NCBI GenBank assembly: GCA_013265495.1
Contig: MU057444.1
Span: 21,959 to 75,857 of the forward strand
Source of the DNA: Vicugna vicugna
Taxonomy: Eukaryota
Direction of reading: 5' to 3'
Length of the DNA: 53,899 nt
Shown: in pieces, positions 1 to 12,549 of the stretch
Layout: every line of letters starts with the position of its first letter
How positions within the stretch are numbered: position 1 is the stretch's first letter
Made by a program: the position numbers and the translations under genes
The notes under the pieces: model-generated
Told to the model about the DNA's origin: nothing
Database searches by the model: none
What the model saw: the letters and a program-made list of their open reading frames with translations, nothing else

Positions 1-864
1 AAAAAAAAGAAAATGCTCAATATCACTTATTATCAGAGAAATGCAAATCAAACTGCAATGAGGTATCAACTCACACTAGTCAGAATGGCCATCATTGAAA
101 AATCCACAAATGACAAATGCTGGAGAGGCTTTGTAGAAAAGGTTACCTTCCTTCATTGCTGGTGGCAATGCAGCTTGGTGCAGCCACTGTGGAAAACAGG
201 ATGGAGATTCCTCAAAAGCCTTGGAATAGAGTTATCATATAACCCAAATCCCGCTCCTGGGCATAAATCCTGAAGAAACCCTAATTCAGGATGACACCTG
301 CACACCAAAGTTCATAGCCAGCACTATTTACAATAGCCAAGACATGGAAATACCCTAAATGTCCATCGACAGTTGACTAGATATAGAAGAGGTGGTATAT
401 TTATACAATGGAATAGTAGTCAGTCTTATAATCTGACATCATAATGCCATTTTCAGCAACATGGATGCTCCTGGAGAAAATCAGTCTACGTCAAGTAAGC
501 CAGAATGAGAAAGAAAAATACCATATGAGAATGCTCTTTTGTGGAATCTAAAAACAAAACCAAACCAAACAAAAACGCAAAATAAAAAACAGAAATAGAA
601 TTGCAAGCAGAGAATACAAAGTTTTGGTTGCCAAGTGGGTGTGATGTGGGAATAGATAGGCTTGGACTTCAAAATTGTAAAATAAACAGGATTGTACTGT
701 ATAGGACAGGGAAATATATAAAAGATCTTATGGCAGCTCACAGGGGAAGAAATGGGACAACAAATGTATATATGTCCATTGTAAATAAATAATTGTTCTC
801 TACAATGGAATTTGAGACAACTTTGCAAAATGATTAAAAATCAATAAAAAAAAGTTAAAAAAAT
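1..864 (+). mobile_element. LINE-1 3' end (ORF2 C-terminal cysteine-rich region, 3'UTR, poly-A)
   Basis: Translation [41 protein letters not shown] is the L1 ORF2 C-terminus, followed by AATAAA and an A-tail at ~843-863. Paralogue of the 3' end of the L1 at 28795-34962. Confidence 0.95.
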
Positions 865-1032
865 NNNNNNNNNNNNNNNNNNNNNNNNNNNNNNNNNNNN
901 NNNNNNNNNNNNNNNNNNNNNNNNNNNNNNNNNNNNNNNNNNNNNNNNNNNNNNNNNNNNNNNNNNNNNNNNNNNNNNNNNNNNNNNNNNNNNNNNNNNN
1001 NNNNNNNNNNNNNNNNNNNNNNNNNNNNNNNN
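865..1032. other. Assembly gap (N run)
   Basis: Run of N. Confidence 1.
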
Positions 1033-3850
1033 ATGCCAATAAACAACTTAGAAGATATAGACAAATGTCTAGAAAGAGACAGGGATAAGAAGAAACAAAT
1101 AATTTGAACAAACAGTTTACTAGAAGAATGAAAGAATCTGCATTTAAAAAATCAAATCATNNNNNNNNNNNNNNNNNNNNNNNNNNNNNNNNNNNNNNNN
1201 NNNNNNNNNNNNNNNNNNNNNNNNNNNNNNNNNNNNNNNNNNNNNNNNNNNNNNNNNNNNNNNNNNNNNNNNNNNNNNNNNNNNNNNNNNNNNNNNNNNN
1301 NNNNNNNNNNNNNNAGTACAGGCATATTTCAAGCCAATATCTTTGATTGATATAGATGCAAAAATTCTTAAAAATATTATTAGCAAACAAAATCCAGCAA
1401 TACCTAAAATGAATTATACACCATGATCAACTTTAATTTAATGCAGGGTCATAAGAGCGGTGGAACACACATGAAATCAATCAGTTTGATACACCACATT
1501 AACAAAAGAAAAAGGGAAAATGACGTGGTCATCCCAATAAATCCATAAAAACATATCACAAACTTCAACTTTTAGTCATTAAAAAAGCAGCAACAAGAGC
1601 AACAACAAAAAAACAACAGAAACAACAACAACAGAAAACTCTTACCAAAGTAGGATTCAGGAAATATATCTCAACATAACTAAAGTCATAAATAACAGAC
1701 ACACAGACAACATAATATGCAAAAGTGAATAACTGAAAGCCAAATTAAGGAATAAGACAACGATGCCCACACTCACCATTTCTATTAAACACAGTATGGG
1801 AATTTCTAGCAACAGCAATTGGAATAGAAATAAATTTATTCAAGTTGGATTGAATGAAGTTAAACTGTAATTATTTTGGATGACATAATAATCTATATAG
1901 AGAACCCTAAAGATTCTCCACACCAAAACAATTAAAAGTAATAGAGACACTTAGGAAAGTAGCATGATTCATGATTAATATACAAAAACTGTCACATTTC
2001 TTTACACTAACAATGAAATATTCCATAATTTTAAAAAGTCCATATGATATCAGGTCAAAAATGAAAAACCTATGAATAGGTTTGAATGAACCAAGATAAT
2101 AATATAAATAGGACACTGATAAATAAATTTGAAGATGATGCAAAGAAATAGAAAGAAATCTCAAGGCCTCAGTTTAGAGGAATTAATAGTGTTAAAATAT
2201 ACATACTACAAAAGTTATCCTCAGATATAAAGTGATTCATATTGAACTACATGATATTTTCCACAGAAATTAGAAAAGTCCTAACATTTGTATGGAAGAG
2301 CAAAAGTACCAGAACTTCAAAAGAAACAATGAGGAAAAGGAACAAAGTTGGTGTCACAACCCATTACCCTCCCAGATATCAGACTATATTACAAAAACAG
2401 TAATCAAAACAGCACAATAATGAAAAATGAACAAACGTCTATATCAGTGGAACAGAACACAGAAGCAGAAATAAAATATCACACCTATGGTCAAATAAAC
2501 TATGAAAAAAGAAACAAAAATATACAATTCCTATAAGACATTTTTCAGCAAGTGATGTTGAGAAAGCTAACAGCTACATTTATATCAATGAAATTAGAAC
2601 ACTCCCTCACACTGTACAAAAATATACTCAAAATGTTTTAAATATCTGAATCTAATACATGACACATTAAAACTCCTGGAAACTAACATAAGCAAAACAA
2701 GACAAAAATTGTAGCGAAATTTTCTTATGTCAATCTCCCAAAATGAAAACAATAAAAGCATAATAAACAAATAGGTCCTAATTAAACTTAAAACCTCCTA
2801 CGTAGCAAAATAAACAGAATGAAAAGATGAACTTCCAAATGGGAGAAAACATTAGGAAACAATGCAATCAACAAGAGGCTAATTTCTAAAATACACGAAT
2901 CGTTCATACAACTCCATTACAAAAATCTGCAAACAACTCAGCCAGAAAATAATCAGAAGACAATTCTATAAAGAAGACACACAGATGACAATCAGAAACA
3001 TAAAAACATGCTCACATAGCTAATCATTATACAAATGCAAGACAAAGATAAAATAATGTTTTACCTCACACTAGTGAGAAGGGATGTCATCAAAATGTGT
3101 ACAAATAAAGACTGGGGAAGTTGTGGAGAATAAGGGACTCTCCAACGCTGTTGGTGGGAATGAAAATTGGTGCAAGCACTTTGGAAACAGCATGGAAGTT
3201 CCTCTAAATAATTAATATAGACCTATCATATGGCCCAGCAATCCCACTCCTGGGCATATAAAGCATAAAACCTGAAAACAAAGAATCCTAGGGTAAAACA
3301 TAAGAAGTACACTCTGACATTGGACTTAAATTGATTCTACATATGTCTCCTCTGGCAAGGGATGCAGAAGCAAAACTAGCAAAATATGATTGTATCACTC
3401 TAAACAGATTTACACTGCAGAAGAAATGATCAATAAATGAAAAGTCAACCAACATATTGGGAGAATATATTTGCAAGTGATATTTTCCAATCAACTGTTA
3501 ATATCCAAATATATGGCAAACCCTTACCCCACAACAACAACAAAAAAGACCAAACAATCCAATCAAAAAAAATGTCTGTAGGAACTGAATAGATAGATCT
3601 GAATCAATTATCTTTAGAAAACATACAGTTGACTAAATGACACATGAAAATATGTTCAGATTTATAAATTATTAGGAAAGTCATAAGCCAAAAATGAGAC
3701 AAGACCTCACAATTGTCAGAAGGTTCTCATCAAAAAGAAAAGAAATAGATGTTGGTGAGATTCTGGAGAAAAAGGAACACTGTGGACACTGTTGATAGGA
3801 ATGCAAAGTATTGATTCCATTGCATATAAACATCAAATTTTCTTCATCCA
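1033..3850 (+). mobile_element. Degenerate L1 ORF2 fragments (RT region through C-terminus; a second fragment restarts at ~3280)
   Basis: L1 ORF2 motifs IDAKILKNILANKIQQ, HHINKRK, RQRCPHSPFL, with many stops and frameshifts. Contains the N gap 1161-1314. Confidence 0.9.
1161..1314. other. Assembly gap (N run)
   Basis: Run of N. Confidence 1.
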
Positions 3851-3856
3851 TTTTTC

Positions 3857-4345
3857 TGTGGAGGGATGTTGGGTTTGTAGGCTCCTGTCTGAAGGCTCTA
3901 GAGAATAAGCCCATGGGCTGAACTGATAAACAAGCTGTGAGGAATGTCACATATCCAAGCTGGTTAAGAAATGGCATGCTCATTGTATCCAGTATGGATG
4001 GCTCGATAGCGTATGCTGGGTAAGATCCTCAGAGGAGGACAACGTACGACAGGCACAGCCTGCTGGATAAGAGATGGCCTACTTAATGAAGCTCCGTGAT
4101 GAACTTTAAAACAATCCTTGATCATTTAACATCCTCTGCTTACTGCGGGAGCATGGGGACATATATAGATTAAGATTATTAACAGGGTTATGACTTAGAT
4201 GATTTGTGAGGCATTGTACATGTCCTATATAAACCCTTTTTCTTAGAATCAATAAACACAGAACTGCTCCGCTTCTGTCCACACAGTGTTTGTGTGTATT
4301 TGATATCATGCCACTGACAGGGTTAATTTAATTTGTTGGGAGTGT
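3857..4345 (+). mobile_element. Endogenous retrovirus solo LTR (family unassigned, 3' end poorly defined)
   Basis: A ~490-bp GC-richer island starting with TG between two L1 pieces. TATATAAA at 4226-4233 is followed by AATAAA at 4251-4256 and a GT-rich tract, the usual U3-R-U5 layout. Confidence 0.7.
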
Positions 4346-4349
4346 CTTA

Positions 4350-5160
4350 AAAGTATGTTGCATCGTATACAATGCACTTTCCGCACGTATTGAGATGATT
4401 ATGTGAGTTTTATTTCTCATTCTATTAGTGTGGCATGTCACCTTTATTGATTTGAATATTTTGAAGTATCCATAAACCCAGGGATAAATCCCTTTACTCA
4501 TGTATGTGTATGATACATTTAATGTGTTGTTCAATTCATTTTCCTACTGTTTTGTTGAGAATTTTGACACAAATGTACATCAGGGACAATATTCTATATT
4601 TTGCATATAATGTCCTTTCTAGCATTGTTATGCAAATAAATCTGGCATCATAAAACAAGTTTGGATACTTTCACCCCCTTCAAATTCTTGGAAGGTTTGG
4701 GGAAGAATTGGTGAAAACTTGTCTTCAAATGTATGAGAGAATTCACCAGTAAAGTCATCTTGTAAATTTTTTCTTGTTTCGGAGGTTTGGATAACTGATT
4801 TACTCATACACACTTTTGCTTTATTTAACTTTCTGATTACTTCATGATTCAGTATTGGAAGACATATATTTCTTTGAATTTGTCTTTTGTTCAAGGTCAT
4901 TCAAACTGTTGGCTAGTGGTAATTCCTTTTGATGCTCTGCATCTCTACAACATCAGTGGTAATATCTTCTCTTTTATTCCTAATTTTATGTCAGTCTTTA
5001 TTTTCTTAGAAAACCTAAATCTTTGTCCAATTTATGTTTAAAATAAACAGACTTTCGTAGTTTTTTATCTTTTCAATTGATTCTCTTGTTATTTGCCTTA
5101 ATCTTATTGATTCAATTTTCTTCTTTATTCTTTCTGTTTTCTCCTTGTTTCTTGATGTGT
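4350..5160 (-). mobile_element. Old L1 ORF2 fragment
   Basis: Minus-strand remnants such as SIKVTCHTNRMRNKTHIIISIRAE and DDFTGEFSHTFED..PILPQTFQ resemble L1 ORF2. Confidence 0.85.
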
Positions 5161-5199
5161 AAACATAAGTATTGTGAATCTTTGTATTACTTAAATATG

Positions 5200-8100
5200 A
5201 AATATTTTATTTATTTATTTATTTATTTACTTACTTACTTATTAACTTTTTTATTCATTTGTTTATTATTGAAATACTGCCATTTACAATGTGTCAATCT
5301 GTGGTGTATAGCACAGTGTAAAAATTCATGCATATATTTGTGTGCCTATTAAAGTATACTTCACACTATTTAACATACTGCCCTGTGTCATACAAAAGAC
5401 ATTTTGAAACAATTTTTTTATATAGTGGATAACATTTATAATTCTACAGCTCCCAAATATATCCTCTCCAAGCCCCTTTCATCAGTAACCATAAGATTAT
5501 TAAGTAGATCTTCAAGTGTGTTTCAGTTTTGTAGATGTAATCACAGTATCCTCATCCAAATTTTTTTTAAGTTTCTACATATATCATGTCATGTATTATT
5601 TTTCTTTCTCTTTCTGGCTTACTTCAATTAGAATGACACATTATGGGGACATCCATTTTGCTACAAATGTCATTGTTTTATCTCCTTTTATGGCAGAATA
5701 TTATTCTATTCTGTAAATATGGCATAAATTCTGTATACTTTTATCTGCTTATGAACAATTAGGGTGCTTCCATGTCGTGGCTGTTGTATATAGCACTGCT
5801 AAATTCATTGGGGTGCAGGTGACATTTTGAATTATGGTTCTATTTGATATATACCCAGAAGTGGGATTGCTGGATCATATGTTAAGTCTATTTTTATTCT
5901 TTTGAGGAACCCTCATCCTGTTTTCCACAGTGACTGCACCAAACTACATTCCTACCAACAGTGAAGGATGTTTCCCTTTCTCCACAGCTTCCCCAGGATT
6001 TATTGTCTGTGGACTTTTGAATGATGGCCATTGTGACTATTGTGAGGTGATACTTCATTATAGTTTTGAATTGCCCTTCTCTGATAATGATAGTGAGCAA
6101 TTTTTTTTCATATATCTGTGTGGGATTTGTATGTCCCTAATGGAGAATTCCTTTTTTAGGGCTTCTGCCCATTTTCAGATTGGGTTTCTTGTTTATTTTA
6201 AGTATTATTATTAGGTTGTATGAAATCTTTATATTTTGGAAATTTAGCCTTTGTCATTTGCATCACTTGTAAATAATTTCTTTAATCTTGTAGGTTGTCA
6301 TTTTGCTTTGTTTATGGTTCCCTTTGCTGTGCAAAAGCTTATAAGTTTAATTATGTCCTATTTATTAATTTTCCTCTTACATCCATTACCTAGCTAGGAT
6401 GTTCTAGGAGATGATTGCTCAGATTTATCTTAGAGTGTTTTGCCTATGTTTACTTCTAGGATATTTATTGTGTCTTGCCTTACATTTAAGTCCTCAAGTC
6501 ATTTTGTGTTTATTCTTGTGTATGGAGCGAAGGAGGGTTCTAACTCCATTGCTCTGATGCTGCTATCCAGTTTTCCCAACAACAGTTGTTGAAGAGATTG
6601 TCTTCTCAGTGTCATATTCTTGTTTACTCTGTAAAATATTAATTGAACATAGGTCTGTAGATTTATTCCAAGGCTCTCTATTCTGTTCCATTGATCCATA
6701 TGCCTGTTTCTGTACCAATATCATGACGTTTTGATTATTATAGCTCTGCAATACTGTATGGAGACCAGGCAGGTTATTCCTCCAGCCTCTTTCTTTTTCT
6801 ACAATTTTGACTTGGAAATTATGGATGTTTATTGTATCTATACAAATTTTATGATCATTTGTTTCAGTCCTAAAAAGAAATGTTATGAATAATTTGATAG
6901 GAACTCAGATTAATTTTGTGGATTGCCTTGGGTAGTATGGCCATTTTAACAATATTATTTCTTCCATTATGAGATCATTGGGTATCTTTTCAATTCTTCA
7001 AATCTTTCTTGATTTCCTCAATCAATGTATTCTTCTTCTTCATGTATAAGTAATTCTCCACCTTGGTCAGAGTTATTCTGAAGCATTTTATAATTTTGGG
7101 TGCAGTTATTAAAGGGGTTGTTTCTATACATTGTTTTCCTATTGATTCAATGGTAGTGTACAGAAATCTAATTGGTTTTTGTACATTACTCTGGCTACAT
7201 TGCCCAGTTCCTTTTTTAGCCTAAGTATTTTTTTGTGAAGCTTTTACAGTTTTCTATATAAAGTGTCATGTCTGCATATCATGACAATTTTACATGTTCT
7301 TTTCCAGTCTGAATCATTTTATTTCTATTTCTTGCCTGATCGTTGTGGCTAGGAATTCCAAGACTGTATTGATTTGAAATTGTGAGAATGGGCATCCTTG
7401 TCTTGTCTCAGGTTTTTGTGGCAAGGGTTCCATTTTTTCACCATTGTGTATTAAGCTGGCTATATATTTGTCATAAATAGCTTTCATTATGTTGAGATAT
7501 GGTCCGTGTATGCCCACTGTGATAAGAACTTTTATTACAAATAGGTGTTAAATATTATCAAATGCTTTTTCTGCATCTACTGAGATGATCATATAGTATT
7601 TGTCTTCTCTTTTGTTGATATGGTGTATCACAATTGATTGATTGATTTGCATATGTTCAACCATCCTTGTGTTCCTGGGATGAACCTAACTTGTCCATGG
7701 TTCATGATCTTTTTTTACATGCTTCTGTGTTCTGTTTGCTAATAATTTCTCAAGGACTTTTGTTTCTATGTTTATCAATGATGTTGGCCTAAAGTATTCT
7801 TTTTGGGGTAGTGTCTTTGTCTGGTTTTGGTATCAGGTTGATGTTGGCCTTATGGTGTGAGTTTGATGGTACTCTCTCCATAGCAGTCTTTTGGAAGAGT
7901 TTGAGGAAGACATGTATGGATTTTTCTTTGTATGTTTGATCAAATTCCCCAGTGAAGCTATTTGTGTTTGAATTTTGTTTGCAGAGTTTTTCTTATTTTA
8001 TTGATAATTCTATTCCATTTCTGGTGATCTGTTTGTTCAAATGGCTAACTCCTCCTTGATGCAATAATGGTGGGATGAATGTTTCCAAAATCTTCTCCAT

Positions 8101-9890
8101 TTCTTCCTGGTTTTTCAGTTGTTTTCATTCAGTTGCTCATGGTATTCTCTTATAATATTTTGTAAATTTGTTGTACTCTTTGTAGTTTCTCCTTTTTCAT
8201 TTCTTATATTATTTGTGTTCTGGTAAGCCTGTCCAGAGATTTGTCAATTTTGTTTACTATTTCAAAAAAGAGATTGATTTTTTCTATTTTTTAATCTCTA
8301 TTTCAATTATTTCTTCCTTGATCTTTATATTTTCCATCTTTCTGTTGACTTTTGGTTTTGATTGCTCTTCTTTATTGATTTGTTTACATAGAACGTTAGA
8401 TTATTTATTTGAAATTGTTCTTCTAATTTGAGGATGGCCCTCTCACTATGAACTTCCCTCTTAAGCCTGTTTTAACAGTATTCCATAGACTTTGTGTTGT
8501 GTTTTGTCATATTTCTCAAGATAATTTTTAATTTCTTCTTTTACTTCATCACCTCAACCNNNNNNNNNNNNNNNNNNNNNNNNNNNNNNNNNNNNNNNNN
8601 NNNNNNNNNNNNNNNNNNNNNNNNNNNNNNNNNNNNNNNNNNNNNNNNNNNNNNNNNNNNNNNNNNNNNNNNNNNNNNNNNNNNNNNNNNNNNNNNNNNN
8701 NNNNNNNNNNNNNNNNNNNNNNNNNNNNNNNNNNNNNNNNNNNNNNNNNNNNNNNNNNNNNNNNNNNNNNNNNNNNNNNNNNNNNNNNNNNNNNNNNNNN
8801 NNNNNNNNNNNNNNNNNNNNNNNNNNNNNNNNNNNNNNNNNNNNNNNNNNNNNNNNNNNNNNNNNNNNNNNNNNNNNNNNNNNNNNNNNNNTATTCTCCT
8901 ACTTGTGTTCCCAGGGATTTCTCTATTTTTATCTATTAGTGTTTCCTTTATGTATTTAGGTGCTCCTATATTGAGTGCATATATCTCAATGAGTATAATA
9001 TCCCCATTTTGATTTGATTTTTTAACCATTATATCATGTCCTTGTTTATCTTTCTCTATGGCCTTTTTTGTAAAGTCTCTTTGTGTGAAGTCAGTACTGC
9101 TACTCCTGTTTCTTGTCATGTGCATTTGCATGGAATATATTTTTCCACCTTCTGACTTTCAATTCATGTGTATTCCTCTTACTATAGTGGGTCTCCTCTA
9201 TGCTTCATAATGTAGGATCTTGTTATAATATCAGATCTGGCAATATACATCTTTTGATTGAAGCACTAAGTCCATTAACATTTGTGATAATTATTGATAG
9301 ATGTGTTTATTTCCATATTGAACTTCATTCTCCAGTTGATTTGGTATTTTCTTTTTGTTCATTTCTTTTTGTTTTTCTGGCTTGGTAAGTTTAATTTTAT
9401 AATCTTGGTTTCTTTTTGTCTTTGTGACTTCATTGTAAGCTTTTGCCTTATGGTTACCTTGTTTTGTACACATATTGACCCGTAATATATATGTTTATTT
9501 TAACTGATAAGAATACAAATTCAAACCCATACTACAGAGAATAGAAAGAAGAAGAAAACACTCTGTATTTTCCTGTTTTACTCTGTGACCCAGAAAAATT
9601 TTGATGTCCTCTATTACAGCATCGTATTTATTCTGTTGTAAGTCATTGTAGATATTGCCTTTCTAATTATGCCTTCCTGTTTTCTATAGCATCCTGCTTC
9701 TTTTTTATTTAGAGTAGATCTTTTTTATTTCTTTTTCTCTTGTTACATTCTTTAAGTATTTGCTTGTGTGGAAGTTATTTATCTCTCCTTCTTCTAAAAG
9801 ATAGCCTTGCTTGATAAAGTATCTTAGATTATAGCTTTCTTTCATTCAGGAATTTAATCTGCCTTGCCAGTGCCTTCTGCAAGCTATATT
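5200..9890 (-). mobile_element. 5'-truncated L1 (3'UTR, all of decayed ORF2, end of ORF1) with (TTTA)n tail
   Basis: (TTTA)n tail at ~5205-5270. Minus-strand ORF2 motifs [51 protein letters not shown]. Contains the N gap 8560-8891. Confidence 0.93.
8560..8891. other. Assembly gap (N run)
   Basis: Run of N. Confidence 1.
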
Positions 9891-9899
9891 TGTGTAGGA

Positions 9900-10491
9900 A
9901 ACGAGTTTACAAATATTATGCATATAATTATATATATATGTAAAGAACACATATAAATGAAGTTAACAAATATGGTGAAAATGTATACGTTATAACAGAA
10001 AACATTGATAAGGGAAATTAAAACAGATCCAAAGAAATGAAATAATCTCTTATGTTAATGATGTGAAACAATGTGGTTGAAACAACCACACTAGCCATAG
10101 GAATCTTCATTTAGTGTGATTCATGTGAAAATACCCATGAGATTTTTCCAATAATTAGAACAAATAATTTTAAAATTTATATGTAACCACAAGGATCATG
10201 AGTTGCAAAAATAATCTTGAAAAACAGTATTAAATCTAATGATGTAAAATTCTCTGATGTTAAACAGTCCTACAAAGCTTTAGTAATTAAAACAAAATGT
10301 TACTGGCTCAAAAGCAGACACCAATCAATAGAAGAGAATAGAGCAACCAGATATAATCCCTCACACATATGATCAATTAATCCATGAAAAAGGAAGAGTA
10401 TAAAATTAAGAAAAGACATTCTCTTCAATAAATACTCCTGGGAGATTGAACATGTAAAAGATTGGTTAGAATATTTCCTCACATTTTATAC
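9900..10491 (+). mobile_element. Old L1 ORF2 fragment
   Basis: Degenerate nucleotide match to the ORF2 region IPxxFFxxLEQIILKFI..YYKAxVIKT..DQ..RIE. Confidence 0.8.
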
Positions 10492-11260
10492 AATCTATGA
10501 GCACAGAATATCATTCTATTTATTTTGTTTACTCATATTTCTTTCACCTGTAATATATAGATCTATGTTTAGAACTTCTACTTCACTTATCAAATTTATC
10601 CCTATTTTATACATTTTGGTATAAATTTACACACAATAATTTTCCAAATTTCTCTTTCTGATAATGTGTTACTATACAAAAATGCAATGGATATTTGTAT
10701 ATTGATTTTGTTTTCTGCAAGTTTACTAAGTTTGTTCATTATTTCTAACAGACACTGGAGGTGTATGTGGAGATTTCTATCAATGCATAATTATGTCATC
10801 TGTAAATCCTTCACTGCTTTATTTCAAGTTGGATGAATTTTATATTTTTTCTTGACTAGTTATTCTGGCTAGGACTTCTAGTATTGTAATTTAGGACTTG
10901 TGAAAATGAGCTACTTTTTCTTATTACTGGACCAGAGGAAATCAATCCTGTATGTTTACATTGAACATGATCTAAGTCATGAGTTTTTCATATATAGCTT
11001 TTATTATGCTTAGTTATATTCTATCTTGAGCGAATTTAATAATATTGTTATAAAAAAGTTAAGATCAGATCTGTCAATAATTTTCCTATATATTTTGGGA
11101 TCGTTATATTTGCAGTCTTTGTTTTTTAAGGATGACATCACATATGTTCATTTGTGTATGTTAAATAATATTTATGAATCAGGACTATATCCAACTTAAC
11201 TATAGTTTATAATGCTTATAATATGCCATGAATTCAGGTAGCTAATATTTATTTAGAATG
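10492..11260 (-). mobile_element. Old L1 ORF2 (RT) fragment
   Basis: Antisense L1 hallmarks such as 'gatatttgtatattgattttg', 'attatgtcatctg' (ADDM-like RT motif) and 'ctggctaggacttc'. Confidence 0.8.
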
Positions 11261-11585
11261 GGATTAACAGATACTGAATGAAAAATTTACATTGTAGCTT
11301 GAGGGTACATTTATTTAATTAAAAACTTTATCTCTCATTTTGAATTTGGTTTATGGTTAATGGAATTTATTTCTAAATAAAGAATACAAATTTTGGTAGA
11401 ACAGGATTTACTCCAGTTTACTGATACAGAACATAGCTATTATTTACAATTAGTGCACAAGACAATTGTCTTAAAATGCTGTATTATACCAACAATGCCA
11501 ACTGTTTCAGGACTGAGAAACATATTGCTTCCTAAAATGCATTACCTGGTCTTTTCTGCCCCAACCGACAGATACGGTTATAGCC

Positions 11586-11656
11586 TTGTTTTTTGATTGT
11601 TTGTATGTATTCCCCTTAATGGAGGCAATGCTTATTGAACCCAGGATCTTGTGCAT
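11586..11656 (-). mobile_element. Truncated tRNA-derived SINE 3' remnant (resembles camelid Vic-1 type)
   Basis: The minus strand reads ATGCACAAGATCCTGGGTTCAATAAGCATTGCCTCCATTAA plus an A-rich tail, with a B-box-like GGTTCAAT. Family assignment is from memory of the camelid SINE consensus and is unverified. Confidence 0.6.
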
Positions 11657-12387
11657 AATTGTATTTATCAACATCATTTTGGAACAATTAACAGAAGCCC
11701 CAAGAGTATGGATTATAAAGCTGACAATAAAATTTATTACTTCTAGGGACAGATAAACCTCTAAGTGAAAGAATGGCAAAAATAAACATTTGTAAATTTA
11801 CAATAAGATTGTCTCTTTTGCAATATAATTGTAGAATATTAAATTACCTTTGTTTCAATTATAGCATTGAATTACAATTTAAAACTAAATTCCCCCTTTG
11901 GGATTTCTTAAATTTGATTGATTCTTTTAATCACTTATTTAATAAATATTAACCATTTATTTAGAAACATACCATATAAACTGATATTTTTTCTTGTCAT
12001 GTTTTGATATAGAGCTACTTATTCTAAACTGCACAGATAAATACCTACTTAAAATACCAAATCAAATTATGTTTCACTTTAATTACAAATGATATTGAAA
12101 TAGTTACACTTTTCTTTACAGGTTTTAGACAAATTTCAGTTAAAATTCCAAAACTTTAAAATTATTTTATATATTTTCTGCATTATTTATACTCTGTTCT
12201 CAAATCTGTTATAAATTTGTGGACAAATGGATGGAGATTGGTTTTATTTAATAAATCCCAAAATTAAATTTTTTAAAAAGATTTGTGGGGATAATATTTG
12301 CAGATCACACTATAAAAATAAGAATCCTATATGTTTCATTTTAACTGGATGAATGAGAAGTAAACACTGGCTGAATGTTACACTTGA

Positions 12388-12419
12388 GTTGCTAGGAGAC
12401 CAGTCGTTTTATGATGTCA
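12388..12419 (+). promoter_or_regulatory. Putative HSFY proximal promoter: RFX X-box (GTTGCTAGGAGAC) plus CRE-like TGATGTCA
   Basis: X-box at 12388-12400 and TGATGTCA at 12412-12419, 130-160 bp upstream of the ATG. Motif match only. Confidence 0.55.
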
Positions 12420-12549
12420 CAGCTACTCAAGTTGAGAAACATTGTGAAGGTCCAGCAGTTTATCTGTGCAGGCCTGCCAAACAGCATTTGAAGCTGCATT
12501 TCCCAAATCATTCAGATTAGAAAAGTAGCTGTAGGAAAAGTTATTTGAG

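Noticed and set aside
800..1390. ORFs containing X runs (also 8494-9131, 30613-30948)
   Set aside because: Artefacts of translating through N gaps.
3681..3983. 100-aa minus-strand ORF spanning the LTR-L1 junction, same length in copy B (37820-38122)
   Set aside because: The copy B start is TTG rather than ATG, 18 residues differ, and the ORF is made of antisense repeat sequence.
9900..11260. Opposed L1 fragments suggesting a twin-priming inversion
   Set aside because: The fragments converge 3'-to-3', overlap in ORF2 coordinates, and have no poly-A or TSD. This does not fit twin-priming geometry.
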